This document shows, piece after piece, positions 1 to 12,900 of a stretch of DNA of 64,000 nucleotides. The translations under genes were made by a program, and so were the position numbers. Each line of letters opens with the position of its first letter. Position 1 is the stretch's first letter. Below the pieces are notes generated by a model. It made no database searches. It saw nothing but the letters and a program-made list of their open reading frames with translations, and was not told the origin of the DNA. Origin of the DNA: a candidate division WOR-3 bacterium (GTDB taxonomy: Bacteria; Hydrothermota; Hydrothermia; B15-G9; WFZT01); NCBI GenBank assembly GCA_027053075.1, contig JALUEE010000033.1:32001-96000 (forward strand), in the 5' to 3' direction.

Positions 1-1900
<1,900 letters not shown>

Positions 1901-1904
<4 letters not shown>

Positions 1905-3526
1905 AAACTACGACTGTATGACGCTTCAAAGGTAAAGTAATCCTTTGCTCCAAATCTAATCATCCTCGTTAACTCGAGAGACAGCGCCTCTGACCTGATG
2001 GCAATCCCAATTCCAAGGTCCTTCAATTCAAGCTCCTTCGGCGAATTGACAGGCTTTCTATACCTCACAAGAATGGAATTTTTTGAAAATACCCGTGCAC
2101 CTCTAAACTCGGTAAGATAGGTATGTGAGAGGAAAAGCGCCTCGAACACGGAAAGCCTTTTTACGTAAAAATACTCACCGGATTCCACATCCCGGATAAA
2201 ACTCCCCTGATCCTGAAATTTGAATTTTAGCTGCCAGAGATTGCTTTCACTCTTTTTAAGGCCCAGATTATTGAGAAAATACCGAGTGTAGATGCCTTTA
2301 AAGGCATCGTAGGGAAAAATAGAAAACTGTGAGAACAGCTCAAAAATAGTGAAAAATTGCAGATTTCCACGCGTAAAATATGACTGGTCCTGCAAGAGAA
2401 GTTTGTACGTGTACTTGGAATTTGCCGAATAGTAGGACTTGATGTAGGAGAGGTCATAACGTGAAGCGGTAAACTTCAGTACATTCGTGTAAACATTCCT
2501 GAAGTTATAGCCAATGTAAAGCTCCTGGTGTAGTTTCCTTGAATCCCGCATGGGTGAGATTTTGAGGAGTGGGTAGTTGTATCTCTCGATGAATGCATCA
2601 AAAGACCATCCTCCAAATAGGTTCCCGACTCTTTGAACATTAAGGGACAATCTATTGAATCCGGCATCCTCGTCATTTTTTATCACCTTGTAATCAAGGA
2701 GGTCTTTTCCGGTCTCAAAATTCAGGAGAAAGTTAAGGCTTCTCACCTGGCTGAAAAATCTGAAATTCACAGAGTAGTTTTTCCTGTGGTTAGTTTTGAA
2801 GTTATCCTTTCCGTAATCAAGAAAATCGAAGTCACCGCTATAATCCATTTCTACCCGGCTGTTATAGAAAAACGACCTCTTGACAAGAATATCAATTGAC
2901 TGCGTGGTGTTTTTTAGTACCTGTTCCTGCTGGATTACATATCTCTGATTCCTTCTTTCCAGATTGTATTTCAAAAACACATCAAACTGCCTGTAGCTGA
3001 AATTTTTGTTAAAAACCGCATTGCCACGGAGTTCTTTGTAGAGATTTTTACTCTCATTACCAAAGGTAAGGCGTAGATTGGCGGGCACTACATCAGCCAC
3101 AAGAGAGGCGGACCAGCCTGAGTTATCGAGAGGGTTTCTGGAAGTTCCAAAATATTCGAGAAAGTCCAGTCCAGCGGAGGGATTTAACTTCAGAAAATCT
3201 CCAAGTGGTGTCGAATAAAATCCTCTGAGCATCAAGTTCCTCTTACCTAAATAGCTTTTACCTCTCCTCTCCAGCTTTAGGTCAAATCCAGTCGTAAACT
3301 GAAACACCCTTCCTTCATTCCCCTGACGTTTGTATCCCACCTGATAAGTCATGGAATTTTTCGAACGGGCAAGAAGTCGGTCATAGCTATTCTCAATATT
3401 AGCGTTGAAATACATGCCAGTTTTAAGTTCCCAGCTAACCCTTGTTGAATAATTTTTGTAATTTCTGACGGAAAGAATGTCTGTGTATATGTTGAATCCG
3501 AGGATGGCAATAAGAATGAAATTCAT
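1901..3526 (-). CDS. Hypothetical protein, probable outer-membrane beta-barrel
   Basis: 541-aa ORF coupled to neighbours by 4-bp overlaps; short hydrophobic N-terminus; alternating aromatic/polar strands; ends FEASYSRSL. Confidence 0.6.
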
Positions 3527-3861
3527 TGCCCGGGTTGGATAAGCTTTTCCTTTAAAAGTTTGGGGCTGAAGGGTTTTGTAACAACAAAATCCGCACCGTT
3601 CTCTATCAAAGTATCCCTGTCAAACTCCTGTCCGGAGGTGGTCACAACAAAAATCTTTGCTTTATTTTTAGAGACCCGGATGGTCTTGATAAGCTCGATA
3701 GTCTTTTTTATATCCATGTTTCCACCAATTACCACAACGGGCTCGCTCTCCTTGTGGATACCATCAAGGAATTCCACTGCATTGTCAAAGCATTTCACCT
3801 CTTTCACAAGCTCGAAGATTATTCTCTTTGTAGTGGGGTCATCGAGAAACACATAAATCAT
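3523..3861 (-). CDS. Single-domain response-regulator receiver-like protein (atypical; phosphoacceptor Asp not evident)
   Basis: DD after beta1, T at beta4, GADFVVTKPFS motif; beta3 reads VVVIGGNM. Confidence 0.8.
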   Translation of the reverse strand: MIYVFLDDPTTKRIIFELVKEVKCFDNAVEFLDGIHKESEPVVVIGGNMDIKKTIELIKTIRVSKNKAKIFVVTTSGQEFDRDTLIENGADFVVTKPFSPKLLKEKLIQPGQ

Positions 3862-5288
3862 TTTTTCCTCACAAGTAAAAATGTCATGTCGTCCTGGTGT
3901 CGGTTTTTAGTATAATCCAGAATGGAAGTCTTGAGGGTTTCGGCAATCTCGCTTATATCTTTGTGGATATTGGCAGAGATTATATGTGCAACCCTTTTAA
4001 GTCCAAAAGGGTGTCCCCTGGGATTTCTTGCATCAACCAGCCCATCTGTATACATAAAGACCAGGTCTCCACTCGAAAGATTGGACCTTTGAACATGAAA
4101 CTCTGCATCCGGGAAAATACCGAGCGGCATGCCTGAATTCTTAAACGATTTCATTTTGCCACTTTCTTTGAAAATGAGAGGAGGTGGATGCCCTGCTATA
4201 CTTACCTTGATCCTCTCTCCCTCTATATCGATGATTGAGGCAGTTACAAATATTTCCACGCCGCTTAAATCTTTGCTTAGAAAATGGTTTAAAAGTGGCA
4301 TAACCTGGTCTATTTTCCTGTCCCGGAGAGCCCTGAAAAAGCTCCTGAAAGAAGACATATAGAGTGCTGAGCCAAGTCCATGTCCTGAGACGTCACCGAT
4401 TACAGCCCTGATTTTGTCATCTGCTACGATATAATCAAAATAGTCACCACCGACATAGCCCGCAGGTATGCAGACCCCCACAATGGAAACATGGTCGTTT
4501 TCAAATTTTTCAGGTGGCAGAAGGCTTTTCTGGATATTGGCAGCAATTTCGAGTTCGTGCTTCAATATCTCGTTTTTTCTCATCTCTTTTATGAGACGTG
4601 TATTGAGAATGAACGCTCCCGCGGCTCTTGCAAGAGCTGTTACAAGCTTCAGGTCTCCCGCAGTAAACACGCCGTTCTCCTTGTCCGCGAGGTTAATAAC
4701 ACCAAGAGGAGTTTCTTCACCCCTGATGTTCCTTGCAAGTATTGGGACGATCAGGAAGGATTTTGATGAGTATTCCCCGCGTTTAGGGAGCTTTATATTT
4801 TTCGGAAGCTTTTCTATATCCTCAACGAGTAGAGGTCTTCTCTTTTCAAGCACCCAACCTGCATAAGGGTCACCTACACGGACTTCAACCTTTTTTAAAA
4901 CCCTATCAGGAATGCCTTTCGCGTGAACAATACGCATTTTCTCACCTGATTCATCGAGAAGCATAACAGACGCCCTGCGCGCTTTAACGATACCAACGGC
5001 TTCTTCCAGGACCACCCGCGAAACCTCGTTTTCATCAAGCAAGGAGCCAAGGTTCTCATTAATCGTGTGGAAAATGTGAAGCTCTTCGTAGGCATCGATG
5101 ATATCACGAACAATGTAGCGAATTTCCTCCTCTTCGTGCTTAATAACGTCCATAAAGCCGTTCATTACAGGGAAAAATTCTGGCGGGATTTTCCCTATTT
5201 CGACTCCATCGAATCTGTAGGGCTTACCATCACCAAGTAGCGCGGCTATCCCCTTCAGCTTTTTAAGAATTGACTCTGGAAGATACAT
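3858..5288 (-). CDS. GAF + PP2C/SpoIIE (RsbU-like) serine phosphatase
   Basis: GAF domain, ELEIAANIQKSLLP linker, GGDYFD, GDVSGHG, YTDGL and DDMT motifs. Confidence 0.93.
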   Translation of the reverse strand: MYLPESILKKLKGIAALLGDGKPYRFDGVEIGKIPPEFFPVMNGFMDVIKHEEEEIRYIVRDIIDAYEELHIFHTINENLGSLLDENEVSRVVLEEAVGIVKARRASVMLLDESGEKMRIVHAKGIPDRVLKKVEVRVGDPYAGWVLEKRRPLLVEDIEKLPKNIKLPKRGEYSSKSFLIVPILARNIRGEETPLGVINLADKENGVFTAGDLKLVTALARAAGAFILNTRLIKEMRKNEILKHELEIAANIQKSLLPPEKFENDHVSIVGVCIPAGYVGGDYFDYIVADDKIRAVIGDVSGHGLGSALYMSSFRSFFRALRDRKIDQVMPLLNHFLSKDLSGVEIFVTASIIDIEGERIKVSIAGHPPPLIFKESGKMKSFKNSGMPLGIFPDAEFHVQRSNLSSGDLVFMYTDGLVDARNPRGHPFGLKRVAHIISANIHKDISEIAETLKTSILDYTKNRHQDDMTFLLVRKK

Positions 5289-5673
5289 GTTTCCTCAAAA
5301 CGAAGACATTCCCATCCGGCCCCTTCTCATGATGAAAGTTGTCCACGAGGGATTTAGCAATTTTAAGACCGAAGCCACTTTCAGAAAGGGGATCGGTGTC
5401 TTCTGATTCCACCAGCTCGATTTCGCAGTTCGGGCAAAAGTCCATAACCCTGATCTCAATGGAATCTTCAATCTGCTCTACTTCCACTCCTACTTTGAAA
5501 GCTGGATTTTCGTGGTGGGTATGGACTATAACGTTGGTCACTATCTCATTTACGGCAGTTATAAGTCCATAGGAGGTTCGCTCATCAACACCAAGAAGAG
5601 ATAGGTGGGTTTTGAGCCAATCTCTAATAGACTTCAGGTTTTCGAGCCTGGATTGGACAATGTAGATCGCCAT
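5263..5673 (-). CDS. RsbW/SpoIIAB-like anti-sigma Ser kinase (HATPase_c_2)
   Basis: N-box AVNEIVTNVIVH; ESGFGL..SLVD; lies between STAS and PP2C genes. Confidence 0.88.
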   Translation of the reverse strand: MAIYIVQSRLENLKSIRDWLKTHLSLLGVDERTSYGLITAVNEIVTNVIVHTHHENPAFKVGVEVEQIEDSIEIRVMDFCPNCEIELVESEDTDPLSESGFGLKIAKSLVDNFHHEKGPDGNVFVLRKHVSSRVNS

Positions 5674-6020
5674 CAGACACTATTCAGAGCATCTTCAACG
5701 GTATCGTAAAATTCGAACACTTTATCCAGACCTGTGATTGAGAAAATGTCTCTCATCGGTCGTCTCAATCCAACGAGTTTAACATAGCCACCCATGACTT
5801 TGGCACGTTTGAGAAGTGAAATCAACGATACGAGTCCCGAGCTATCGATAAACGGGGTTTCCGAGAGGTCCACGATGTATCTGCTGTGGCCTTTTTCTGC
5901 AAAATCTATCACGAGGGGTTTGAAATCCCTCGAGGAGAACGCATCAAGGTCGCCTATGAGTTTGAAGACGACCACTTCGTTCCCGGCCTTATCCTTTTTT
6001 GTCTCTGTCTGTATTGTCAA
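5673..6020 (-). CDS. STAS anti-anti-sigma factor (RsbV/SpoIIAA-like)
   Basis: GDLDAFS..DLSETPFIDSSGL (phospho-Ser motif)..ITGLDKVF. Confidence 0.93.
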   Translation of the reverse strand: MTIQTETKKDKAGNEVVVFKLIGDLDAFSSRDFKPLVIDFAEKGHSRYIVDLSETPFIDSSGLVSLISLLKRAKVMGGYVKLVGLRRPMRDIFSITGLDKVFEFYDTVEDALNSV

Positions 6021-6044
6021 TTTGCCTCACCTCTCTTTTTTTGG

Positions 6045-6065
6045 GGGGCGAAGGCCCTTCGCCCC
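6045..6065. repeat. GC-rich intercistronic hairpin
   Basis: GGGGCGAAG-gcc-CTTCGCCCC between the acyl-CoA dehydrogenase and STAS genes; followed by A's, not U's, on the coding (-) strand. Confidence 0.6.
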
Positions 6066-6073
6066 ACAATTTT

Positions 6074-7219
6074 TTAATACTCTCTCATCAATGCCCTTGC
6101 TATCACAAGCCTCTGAATCTGGTTGGTACCCTCGTAAATCTGCGTTATCTTCGCATCCCTCATGTACTTTTCCACAGGGTAATCCTTCATATACCCGTAG
6201 CCACCAAAAACCTGTACCGCGTCTGTTGTCACCTTCATGGCTACATCTGAGGCAAAGGCCTTGGCCATTGCCGCCTCTTTGGAGAAACTCTTAACACCGG
6301 AATCTGCAAATCTTGCCACTGAATAGACAAGTGAACGTGCGGCCTCAATCTGAATTGCCATGTCTGCAAGCATAAACTGGATACCCTGGAAGGAAATGAT
6401 GGGTTCACCGAACTGGACACGTGTTTTTGCGTATTTTACAGCCTCTTCCATGGCACCCTGTGCAATTCCAACTGCCTGGGCACCAATAATGGGTCTCGAG
6501 CGGTCAAGGGTCATCATGGCAATCCTGAATCCCTCACCCTCACGGCCCAGAAGATTCTCTTTTGGGACCTTCATGTCATCAAAATAGAGCTCGCGCTGGA
6601 CAGATGCCCTGATGCCCATCTTATCTTCAGCCTTACCAAAGATAAATCCAGGTGTACCTTTCTCAACGATGAAAGCTGAAAGTCCGCGAACACCTTTCGT
6701 CGGATTTGTAGATGCAATTACAATGTAAACGTCTGCCTCGCCGCCATTTGTAATAAATTTTTTGGAGCCATTGATGACGTAGTAATCTCCCTCAAGACGA
6801 GCGGTAGTTTTAACATTTCCTGCATCAGAGCCTGCCTCCGGCTCCGTGAGGGCAAACGCCCCGTAGAGCTTACCCTCTGCCATCCCGGGTAAATACTTTT
6901 TCTTCTGTTCCTCATTCCCCCTCAGAATGATTGGGATCGCTCCGAGTCCCACAACGGCGTAGGAAACAGCCACTCCTGCATCCACTCGGGCAACCTCTTC
7001 AACGGCAAGGCACATATTCAAAATAGAGAGTCCTATGCCGCCATATTCCTCAGGAACAAAGAGGCGGAAGAGGTCAAGCTTTGCCATTTCGGTGAGGATT
7101 TCTCTCGGGAAAAGGCTCTTTTCGTCGAGTTCCTTTCTTACAGGTTTTATCTTATCCTCTGCAAATTTCCGTATTGTTTCCTTCAATTTTTTCTGCTCTT
7201 CTGTCAGAAAATAATCCAT
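6074..7219 (-). CDS. Acyl-CoA dehydrogenase (butyryl-CoA dehydrogenase-like)
   Basis: FALTEPEAGSDA, KKFITNG, QVFGGYGY, IYEGTNQIQR; start moved to ATG 7219 after SD GGAGG. Confidence 0.93.
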   Translation of the reverse strand: MDYFLTEEQKKLKETIRKFAEDKIKPVRKELDEKSLFPREILTEMAKLDLFRLFVPEEYGGIGLSILNMCLAVEEVARVDAGVAVSYAVVGLGAIPIILRGNEEQKKKYLPGMAEGKLYGAFALTEPEAGSDAGNVKTTARLEGDYYVINGSKKFITNGGEADVYIVIASTNPTKGVRGLSAFIVEKGTPGFIFGKAEDKMGIRASVQRELYFDDMKVPKENLLGREGEGFRIAMMTLDRSRPIIGAQAVGIAQGAMEEAVKYAKTRVQFGEPIISFQGIQFMLADMAIQIEAARSLVYSVARFADSGVKSFSKEAAMAKAFASDVAMKVTTDAVQVFGGYGYMKDYPVEKYMRDAKITQIYEGTNQIQRLVIARALMREY

Positions 7220-7229
7220 TCTAACCTCC

Positions 7230-8534
7230 TCATGGGTAAATCTTTTCAAGGAGTCTCGGGAATGGTATGGTCTCGCGGACGTGTCTCACTCCGCTCAACC
7301 AGGCAATTGTTCTCTCCACCCCGAGACCAAAACCTGAATGAGGCACACTCCCATATTTTCTCAGGTCGAGATACCATTCATAGGCATCTTTTGGAAGGTT
7401 GTGCTCTTCAATTCTTTTTAAAAGGGTCTCGTAATCGTCCTCACGCTGGCCGCCCCCGATAATTTCGCCGTAACCCTCAGGGGCGAGCATGTCAACACAG
7501 AGGGCAAGCTCTGGATTTTCAGGGTCACGTTTCATGTAGAATGCCTTAACCTTTGCAGGGTAGCGGTGAACCATAACTGGCTTATCAAAACTTTTTGATA
7601 TCACTGTCTCCTCGTCACCACCGAAATCGTCGCCCCATTCGAATTCCATTCCATTTTCGTGAAGGATTTTTACCGCCTCATCGTAGGTTATTCGCGGGAA
7701 AGGTGGTTTGATATTTTCGAGCTTTGATGTGTCGCGCTCGAGGATTTTGAGCTCTTCCTGCCTTTCCTCGAGCACCCTTTCGACAATGTATGAGACAAAG
7801 TTCTCTGCAAGCTCCATCACATCGTCCAATTCGTAGTAGGCAACCTCAGGCTCGACCATCCAGAATTCCATGAGGTGACGGCGGGTTTTGGATTTCTCAG
7901 CCCTGAAGGTAGGTCCAAAGCAATAAACCTTGCCGTGCGCCATGCAGGCAGCTTCCATGTAAAGCTGGCCCGACTGGGTAAGATAGGCCTTTTCACCAAA
8001 ATAGTCTGTTTCAAAGAGGGTTGTCGTTCCCTCAACTGCCGCCGGTGTGAGGATGGGCGCGTCAATGCGGATGAAACCATTTTTATCGTAAAAATCGTGG
8101 ATAGCCTTTTCCACAGTGTGTCTTATGCGCATCAGTGCCCACTGCTTACGAGAGCGAAGCCAGAGATGTCTTTTAGGTAAAAGGACTCCAACATCAGGGA
8201 TATTGTCCTCGCGAACCTTGGGTATGGGGTAATCTTCTGTTATCTGGTAGACTTTTATGTCCTTGACCGTCAGCTCTACGCCACCGGGAGCGCGCTTTTC
8301 CTCTCTCACTGTTCCAATTACTGCGAGGGAAGACTCGTAATAAAGCTCGTCGTACAGATTGAAGACCTCTTCCGGGAGCTCACTCTTGATCATCACCGCC
8401 TGGAGATACCCGCTTCCATCTCGTATGATGAGAAATCTGATCTTACCAGATGACCTTTTGTTGTAAAGCCATCCTCTGATTTCAACTTCTTCGCCAATAT
8501 GGTTTTTCAATTCTGATATGTATGCCACTTTCAT
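7230..8534 (-). CDS. asnS: Asparagine--tRNA ligase
   Basis: OB-fold N-terminus; [40 protein letters not shown]. Confidence 0.96.
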   Translation of the reverse strand: MKVAYISELKNHIGEEVEIRGWLYNKRSSGKIRFLIIRDGSGYLQAVMIKSELPEEVFNLYDELYYESSLAVIGTVREEKRAPGGVELTVKDIKVYQITEDYPIPKVREDNIPDVGVLLPKRHLWLRSRKQWALMRIRHTVEKAIHDFYDKNGFIRIDAPILTPAAVEGTTTLFETDYFGEKAYLTQSGQLYMEAACMAHGKVYCFGPTFRAEKSKTRRHLMEFWMVEPEVAYYELDDVMELAENFVSYIVERVLEERQEELKILERDTSKLENIKPPFPRITYDEAVKILHENGMEFEWGDDFGGDEETVISKSFDKPVMVHRYPAKVKAFYMKRDPENPELALCVDMLAPEGYGEIIGGGQREDDYETLLKRIEEHNLPKDAYEWYLDLRKYGSVPHSGFGLGVERTIAWLSGVRHVRETIPFPRLLEKIYP

Positions 8535-8541
8535 GCTCGTT

Positions 8542-8570
8542 ATTTTAATTATTAAGTGCGGTTATTGCAA
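8542..8570 (-). promoter_or_regulatory. sigma70-type promoter of asnS (leaderless geometry)
   Basis: TTGCAA-17-TAAAAT, 7 nt before the ATG; no SD. Confidence 0.65.
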
Positions 8571-8621
8571 ATAGATGAGCAATCAATGGACAGGTCCAAA
8601 ATTTTGTCTGATATTAAACAT

Positions 8622-8972
8622 ATGAAAAAGGCGATTCTCATTGGATTGGCGGTTCTCTTTACTGGATGTGCAGGCTTAAAAGAGGGAAAACCCTTTACAG
8701 CTTATCCCACGGTAAAGATACACAGGCTTAATCCGCATCTTAGAAAATGTGCAGAAAGGGTGAATCTGGAGGAGATTGGCAAACGCCTCGCGAGAAAGAC
8801 CGGGAGGAAGTTTAAAAGACCCTATTTTACATACGCAGTAAAGATTAAGGGCACTTATTACTTGAGGTATTTCTTTCCACTTGTGCATCAGAGAAAATTT
8901 GCCGGCGCTGAGGTCTGGATAAACTGTAAGAATCCCCGGAAAATCTACTACAAATTTTTACCACTCGAGTGA
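8622..8972 (+). CDS. Small basic lipoprotein, unknown function
   Basis: Start moved to MKKAILIGLAVLFTG-C lipobox; stop overlaps the lpxK start. Confidence 0.7.
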   Translation: MKKAILIGLAVLFTGCAGLKEGKPFTAYPTVKIHRLNPHLRKCAERVNLEEIGKRLARKTGRKFKRPYFTYAVKIKGTYYLRYFFPLVHQRKFAGAEVWINCKNPRKIYYKFLPLE

Positions 8973-9967
8973 TGCATAGATACTGGAGACCGCCGATAAA
9001 CTACCTTCTCCTGCCTTTCTCGGGACTTTACTGGTCAGGACTTCAGGCCTGGTATCTTTACGATAAGTTAAGAGGAAAAGTCAAATTTGATGCCTTTACT
9101 GTTGTGGTTGGGAACCTTACTGTGGGTGGGACCGGGAAAAGTCCATTTGTCTATCTTCTGGCAAAAATTCTAAGAGAAGAATTCAGGGTCGTGGTGATAA
9201 CAAGAGGCTATGGGCGGAAATCAAGTGACCCTGTGGTGCTGAGTGATAAGCTCCTCCCTGTTGAACTAACAGGTGACGAACCTTTGATGAACTTCATTAA
9301 ACTTGAGAAAAAAGTCCCATTTGTTATTTGTAAAGACCGCATAGAGGCTTACAAAATCGCAAAGAGGGAATTTTCTCCCCATGTTGTGATTCTTGACGAT
9401 GCGTTTCAATACAGAAAAGTTGTCCCGGATTTTTCATTCCTGGTATTTGATAAGAGATTTTTCATTATGAGCAGATTTTTGCTCCCTGCAGGGCCCATGA
9501 GAGAGCCTTTAAAGGCAGGAGAGAGGGCTGATGCCATAGTCTTGAATTACAAGGCGGGGAGGACCGGAGATGAGAAAATTTATCCAGATAAACCACACAT
9601 CCGCCTTCGCTATAAACCTGTGGCCTTAAGGCGGGCTGAAAAAATTTATGACTTCGATGAAATAGAGCGGGAAGTGACAGCTTTTGCAGGGATTGGTGAC
9701 CCTGAAAGTTTTCTTAAAACACTTGAGGGCGTCGGCTTCAAGGTTAAAGAATTCGAGCATTTTCCAGATCACCACTGGTACAAGCCAGAAGAAATCGAGA
9801 AAATCCTGAGTCCGGGTTTGCCGGTTATCACCACGGAAAAGGATTATATAAAACTCCCGTACACACTAAAGGACAAGATTTATGCACTTGTAATAGAACC
9901 GGAAATCGTGGAGGGGTTAGAAATCATCGAGAGCCTCAAGGAAAGGATCAGAGATAGTATCGGATGA
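8969..9967 (+). CDS. lpxK: Tetraacyldisaccharide 4'-kinase
   Basis: VGNLTVGGTGKSP, RGYG, GDEP, LDDAFQ, LLPAGPMRE, FPDHH, TTEKD. Confidence 0.95.
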   Translation: MMHRYWRPPINYLLLPFSGLYWSGLQAWYLYDKLRGKVKFDAFTVVVGNLTVGGTGKSPFVYLLAKILREEFRVVVITRGYGRKSSDPVVLSDKLLPVELTGDEPLMNFIKLEKKVPFVICKDRIEAYKIAKREFSPHVVILDDAFQYRKVVPDFSFLVFDKRFFIMSRFLLPAGPMREPLKAGERADAIVLNYKAGRTGDEKIYPDKPHIRLRYKPVALRRAEKIYDFDEIEREVTAFAGIGDPESFLKTLEGVGFKVKEFEHFPDHHWYKPEEIEKILSPGLPVITTEKDYIKLPYTLKDKIYALVIEPEIVEGLEIIESLKERIRDSIG

Positions 9968-12900
9968 ATAGCCAGATTCTATGATCCTGGAAATAGGGGG
10001 CGACATCGTTGTAATTGTAATTGACCCCCAGAAGCAGGCTTTTCGAGAGGAAATACTCGAAATCAATACCCAGCGAGAATCCAAATTTTGTTCCCGGTTT
10101 AAAATACTGCGTCAGTGGCCCTCTCATATACTGGGCGCCTGCACTCCCGTAAAGTTTGAAAAAGAGATTATCTCTTTCCCGCTGAAGGCTCATTACGATG
10201 GCATTATTTGAGAAGAAAGTCGGTGAGAAGTATCCACCGTGCCCAATTGTATAATCGCCGAGATAAGACTTGAAGCTCATGAGGTAGAAATCAAATCCCA
10301 CTCTCAGCACATCGAGGTACATGGGCATTTTAAAGCTATAACCGACACGGAAAAGGCCTTCGTATTTATTGTTGTTATAGACCCTGATGCCCCTCAGAAC
10401 ACTGGTTCCAAGAATCATGGAGAGGTCCTTTGGAGGATGACGGAAAACGAGACCCAGCTCCCCACCTGTTTCCATCACTTTTCCGTGAAGTTTTCCAATT
10501 TTTGGGGCATACTCTCCTACATAAGCGAGATATGATTCATCGTTGGGCAAAACAAATCCTCGAAGATAAAATCCCCAGAAATCTGAGAGCAGGAAAGTAA
10601 ACCTGAGGTCACCTTTGAAATTTGTGCCGCCGGCAAATCCCATGGGTGTAATGCCGGCCATCAGGTAAAATGAGCCTGGTGTGAAAGGACCTTCAAAGGT
10701 CACCTGAGCGCCAATACCATCGTCCTGACTCACACCGTTTCCAGGCTCTTCAGCATCCGCTTGAATAGTCACTCTGGTGTTATAGAGAGGGAAGCTCACC
10801 TGAACAGGGAATGCCGGAAGCTCCAGATAACTTGTCCCTTTAGTTCCAGACTTCTGCCTGTAGTACGGTCCAAGCTGGATATATGCCCGAAGCTCACGCT
10901 GAATTTTCTCCTTGAATTGCTTAATGTAATAAATGGCCTCCTGTCGTCTGAGAACAAAGAAATTTTCAGGTTGAATGGCAGGCCCAAGGGAAAGGAGCGG
11001 AGGAAGCTGATTTTTGGAAATGTTTTCAATGCCAATCTCTTTGGCAATATTTAACGTGTCAGCTATAATGGCTTCCAGAGTGTCTTCTGGCAAAAAAGGG
11101 GGAAGGAATTCTTCACCTCCTTTTTTGGTTTCTTTATTGGAATTTAGCTCGGCAACCTCGAGGACTTTAAGGGCATCGTACTTTCTATTGAGAGAGTAAA
11201 GAATTTTTGCGTACTCAAGAGCTATTCTCGGATCGAGGCTACCCACGTTGAGCCGTTTAAGTATCCTGAGTGCCGAGTAATCTCTGCCAAGCCCCCTGTA
11301 GACCCTTGCAAGGTCAATTGCCACATCTTCATCATCTGGATTAAGCTGAAGGGCGTGTTCATAGAGTTTTGCCGCCTCATCCAACTGCCCATTGGCGGCG
11401 TAGAGGCCGGCAAGGCCTTTTAATACATCAATATTGTTTGGGTCAAGCTGATAGGCCTTCCTGTAAAGGACAAATGCCGTGTAGTACTTGTGCTTTTTCT
11501 TGTACTCCTCCGCCTTTTTAACAATGCGGTAGACCTCTACCTTTTTAATCTGCTCCTCAATCTCCTTTGACTTGTACCTTTTGTAAAGAGATATGAGGTA
11601 GGTGAGGGCTTCATCCTCTTTCTTGAGTTTTATAAGACTCCCCACCAGTCCCTGGAGAGCATCTTTGTTCGACGGATCAAGAACCAATACCTGGCTATAG
11701 AGTTTTCTTGCTTCCTCGTATTTTCCAAGGTCAAAATAGACACCAGCAAGTCCCAGTATAACACCGATGTCGGCAGGATTTTCCTGGTAAAGTTTCTGAT
11801 AAATCTCAAGAGCCTTCTCAAGTTTACCCCTGGATTTAAAGTACTCTGCAAGTTTTAATTTATCCGTGTATTTGATTTTGGCAATTTTTTGCAAAACTTC
11901 CGGGGACTTTGTGCGTTTGTATAGCTCCTCGTACACTTTTATAGCCTTATCAAGGTCACCACTGGCGTAAAGTGCATCACCGTATGCGCGCAGTAAGGTG
12001 GTGTCGTTTGGAAACTTCTGAAGTAACAGGGAAAATACGGATGCAGCCTCATCGTATTTTTTCATAGCCATGTAAACACCGGCGAGTCCACGAAGCAGGT
12101 CGAGGTTATCCGGTGCTATCTGCCGGGCTGCCAGGTAATACTTCAGAGCTTTATCATAATGCCCCTGCTTCTTTTCCTTTTCGGCCTCTTTAATGTAATA
12201 CTGAATCTGGGCCTGCTGAATGATCTTGATCCCGTCGGGGTCATTTATCAAATTGTGGCTTTTTATCAAATCAATTGCTGCCTGGTATTTTCCGAGGCCG
12301 AGCAGGGCCCATCCTTTTCCGATAATCGCATCCTTGTCCTCGGGATTAAGCTCGAGAATTCGGTTGTAGTACTCGATTGCCTTGGTGTCCTGCCCGAGTT
12401 CGTGGTAACATGTGGCAATACCGAGAAGGATCCGCTTGCTCGTTGGATTTTGCGCGAGCAATTTTTTATAAATCAGCAGGGCTTTTGCGTAGTTACCCTG
12501 ATTTTTGAGTTTTTCGGCCATTTCAACGCGGTTTTCTGCCTCAATTTCTTTGATCGCCTTAAGAACTTCTGCAGTCTGCTTGATCTTGTATGCCTTCCTG
12601 TAATATTTCAGAGCACTTTCCTTATCCCCGAGGGCAAGGTAGGCACCACCGAGTCCCACAAGGGCATAATAGTTTCTCGGATCCTTCCTCAGCACCCTCT
12701 TGTAATAGATTATGGCCTGGTCATACTGTTTTTGATTAATGTAGATGCCACCGATTCCGAGGTTCGCCCAGACATTCCCGGGGTCATACCTTAGAACAGA
12801 TTTGTACCAAGAGAGGGCGACGTCGGGCTTTCCCGCATTTTTATAGGCATCCGCTATCTTAAGACGAAGATTAACATCGTTGGGAAATTTCTGGAGAAGC

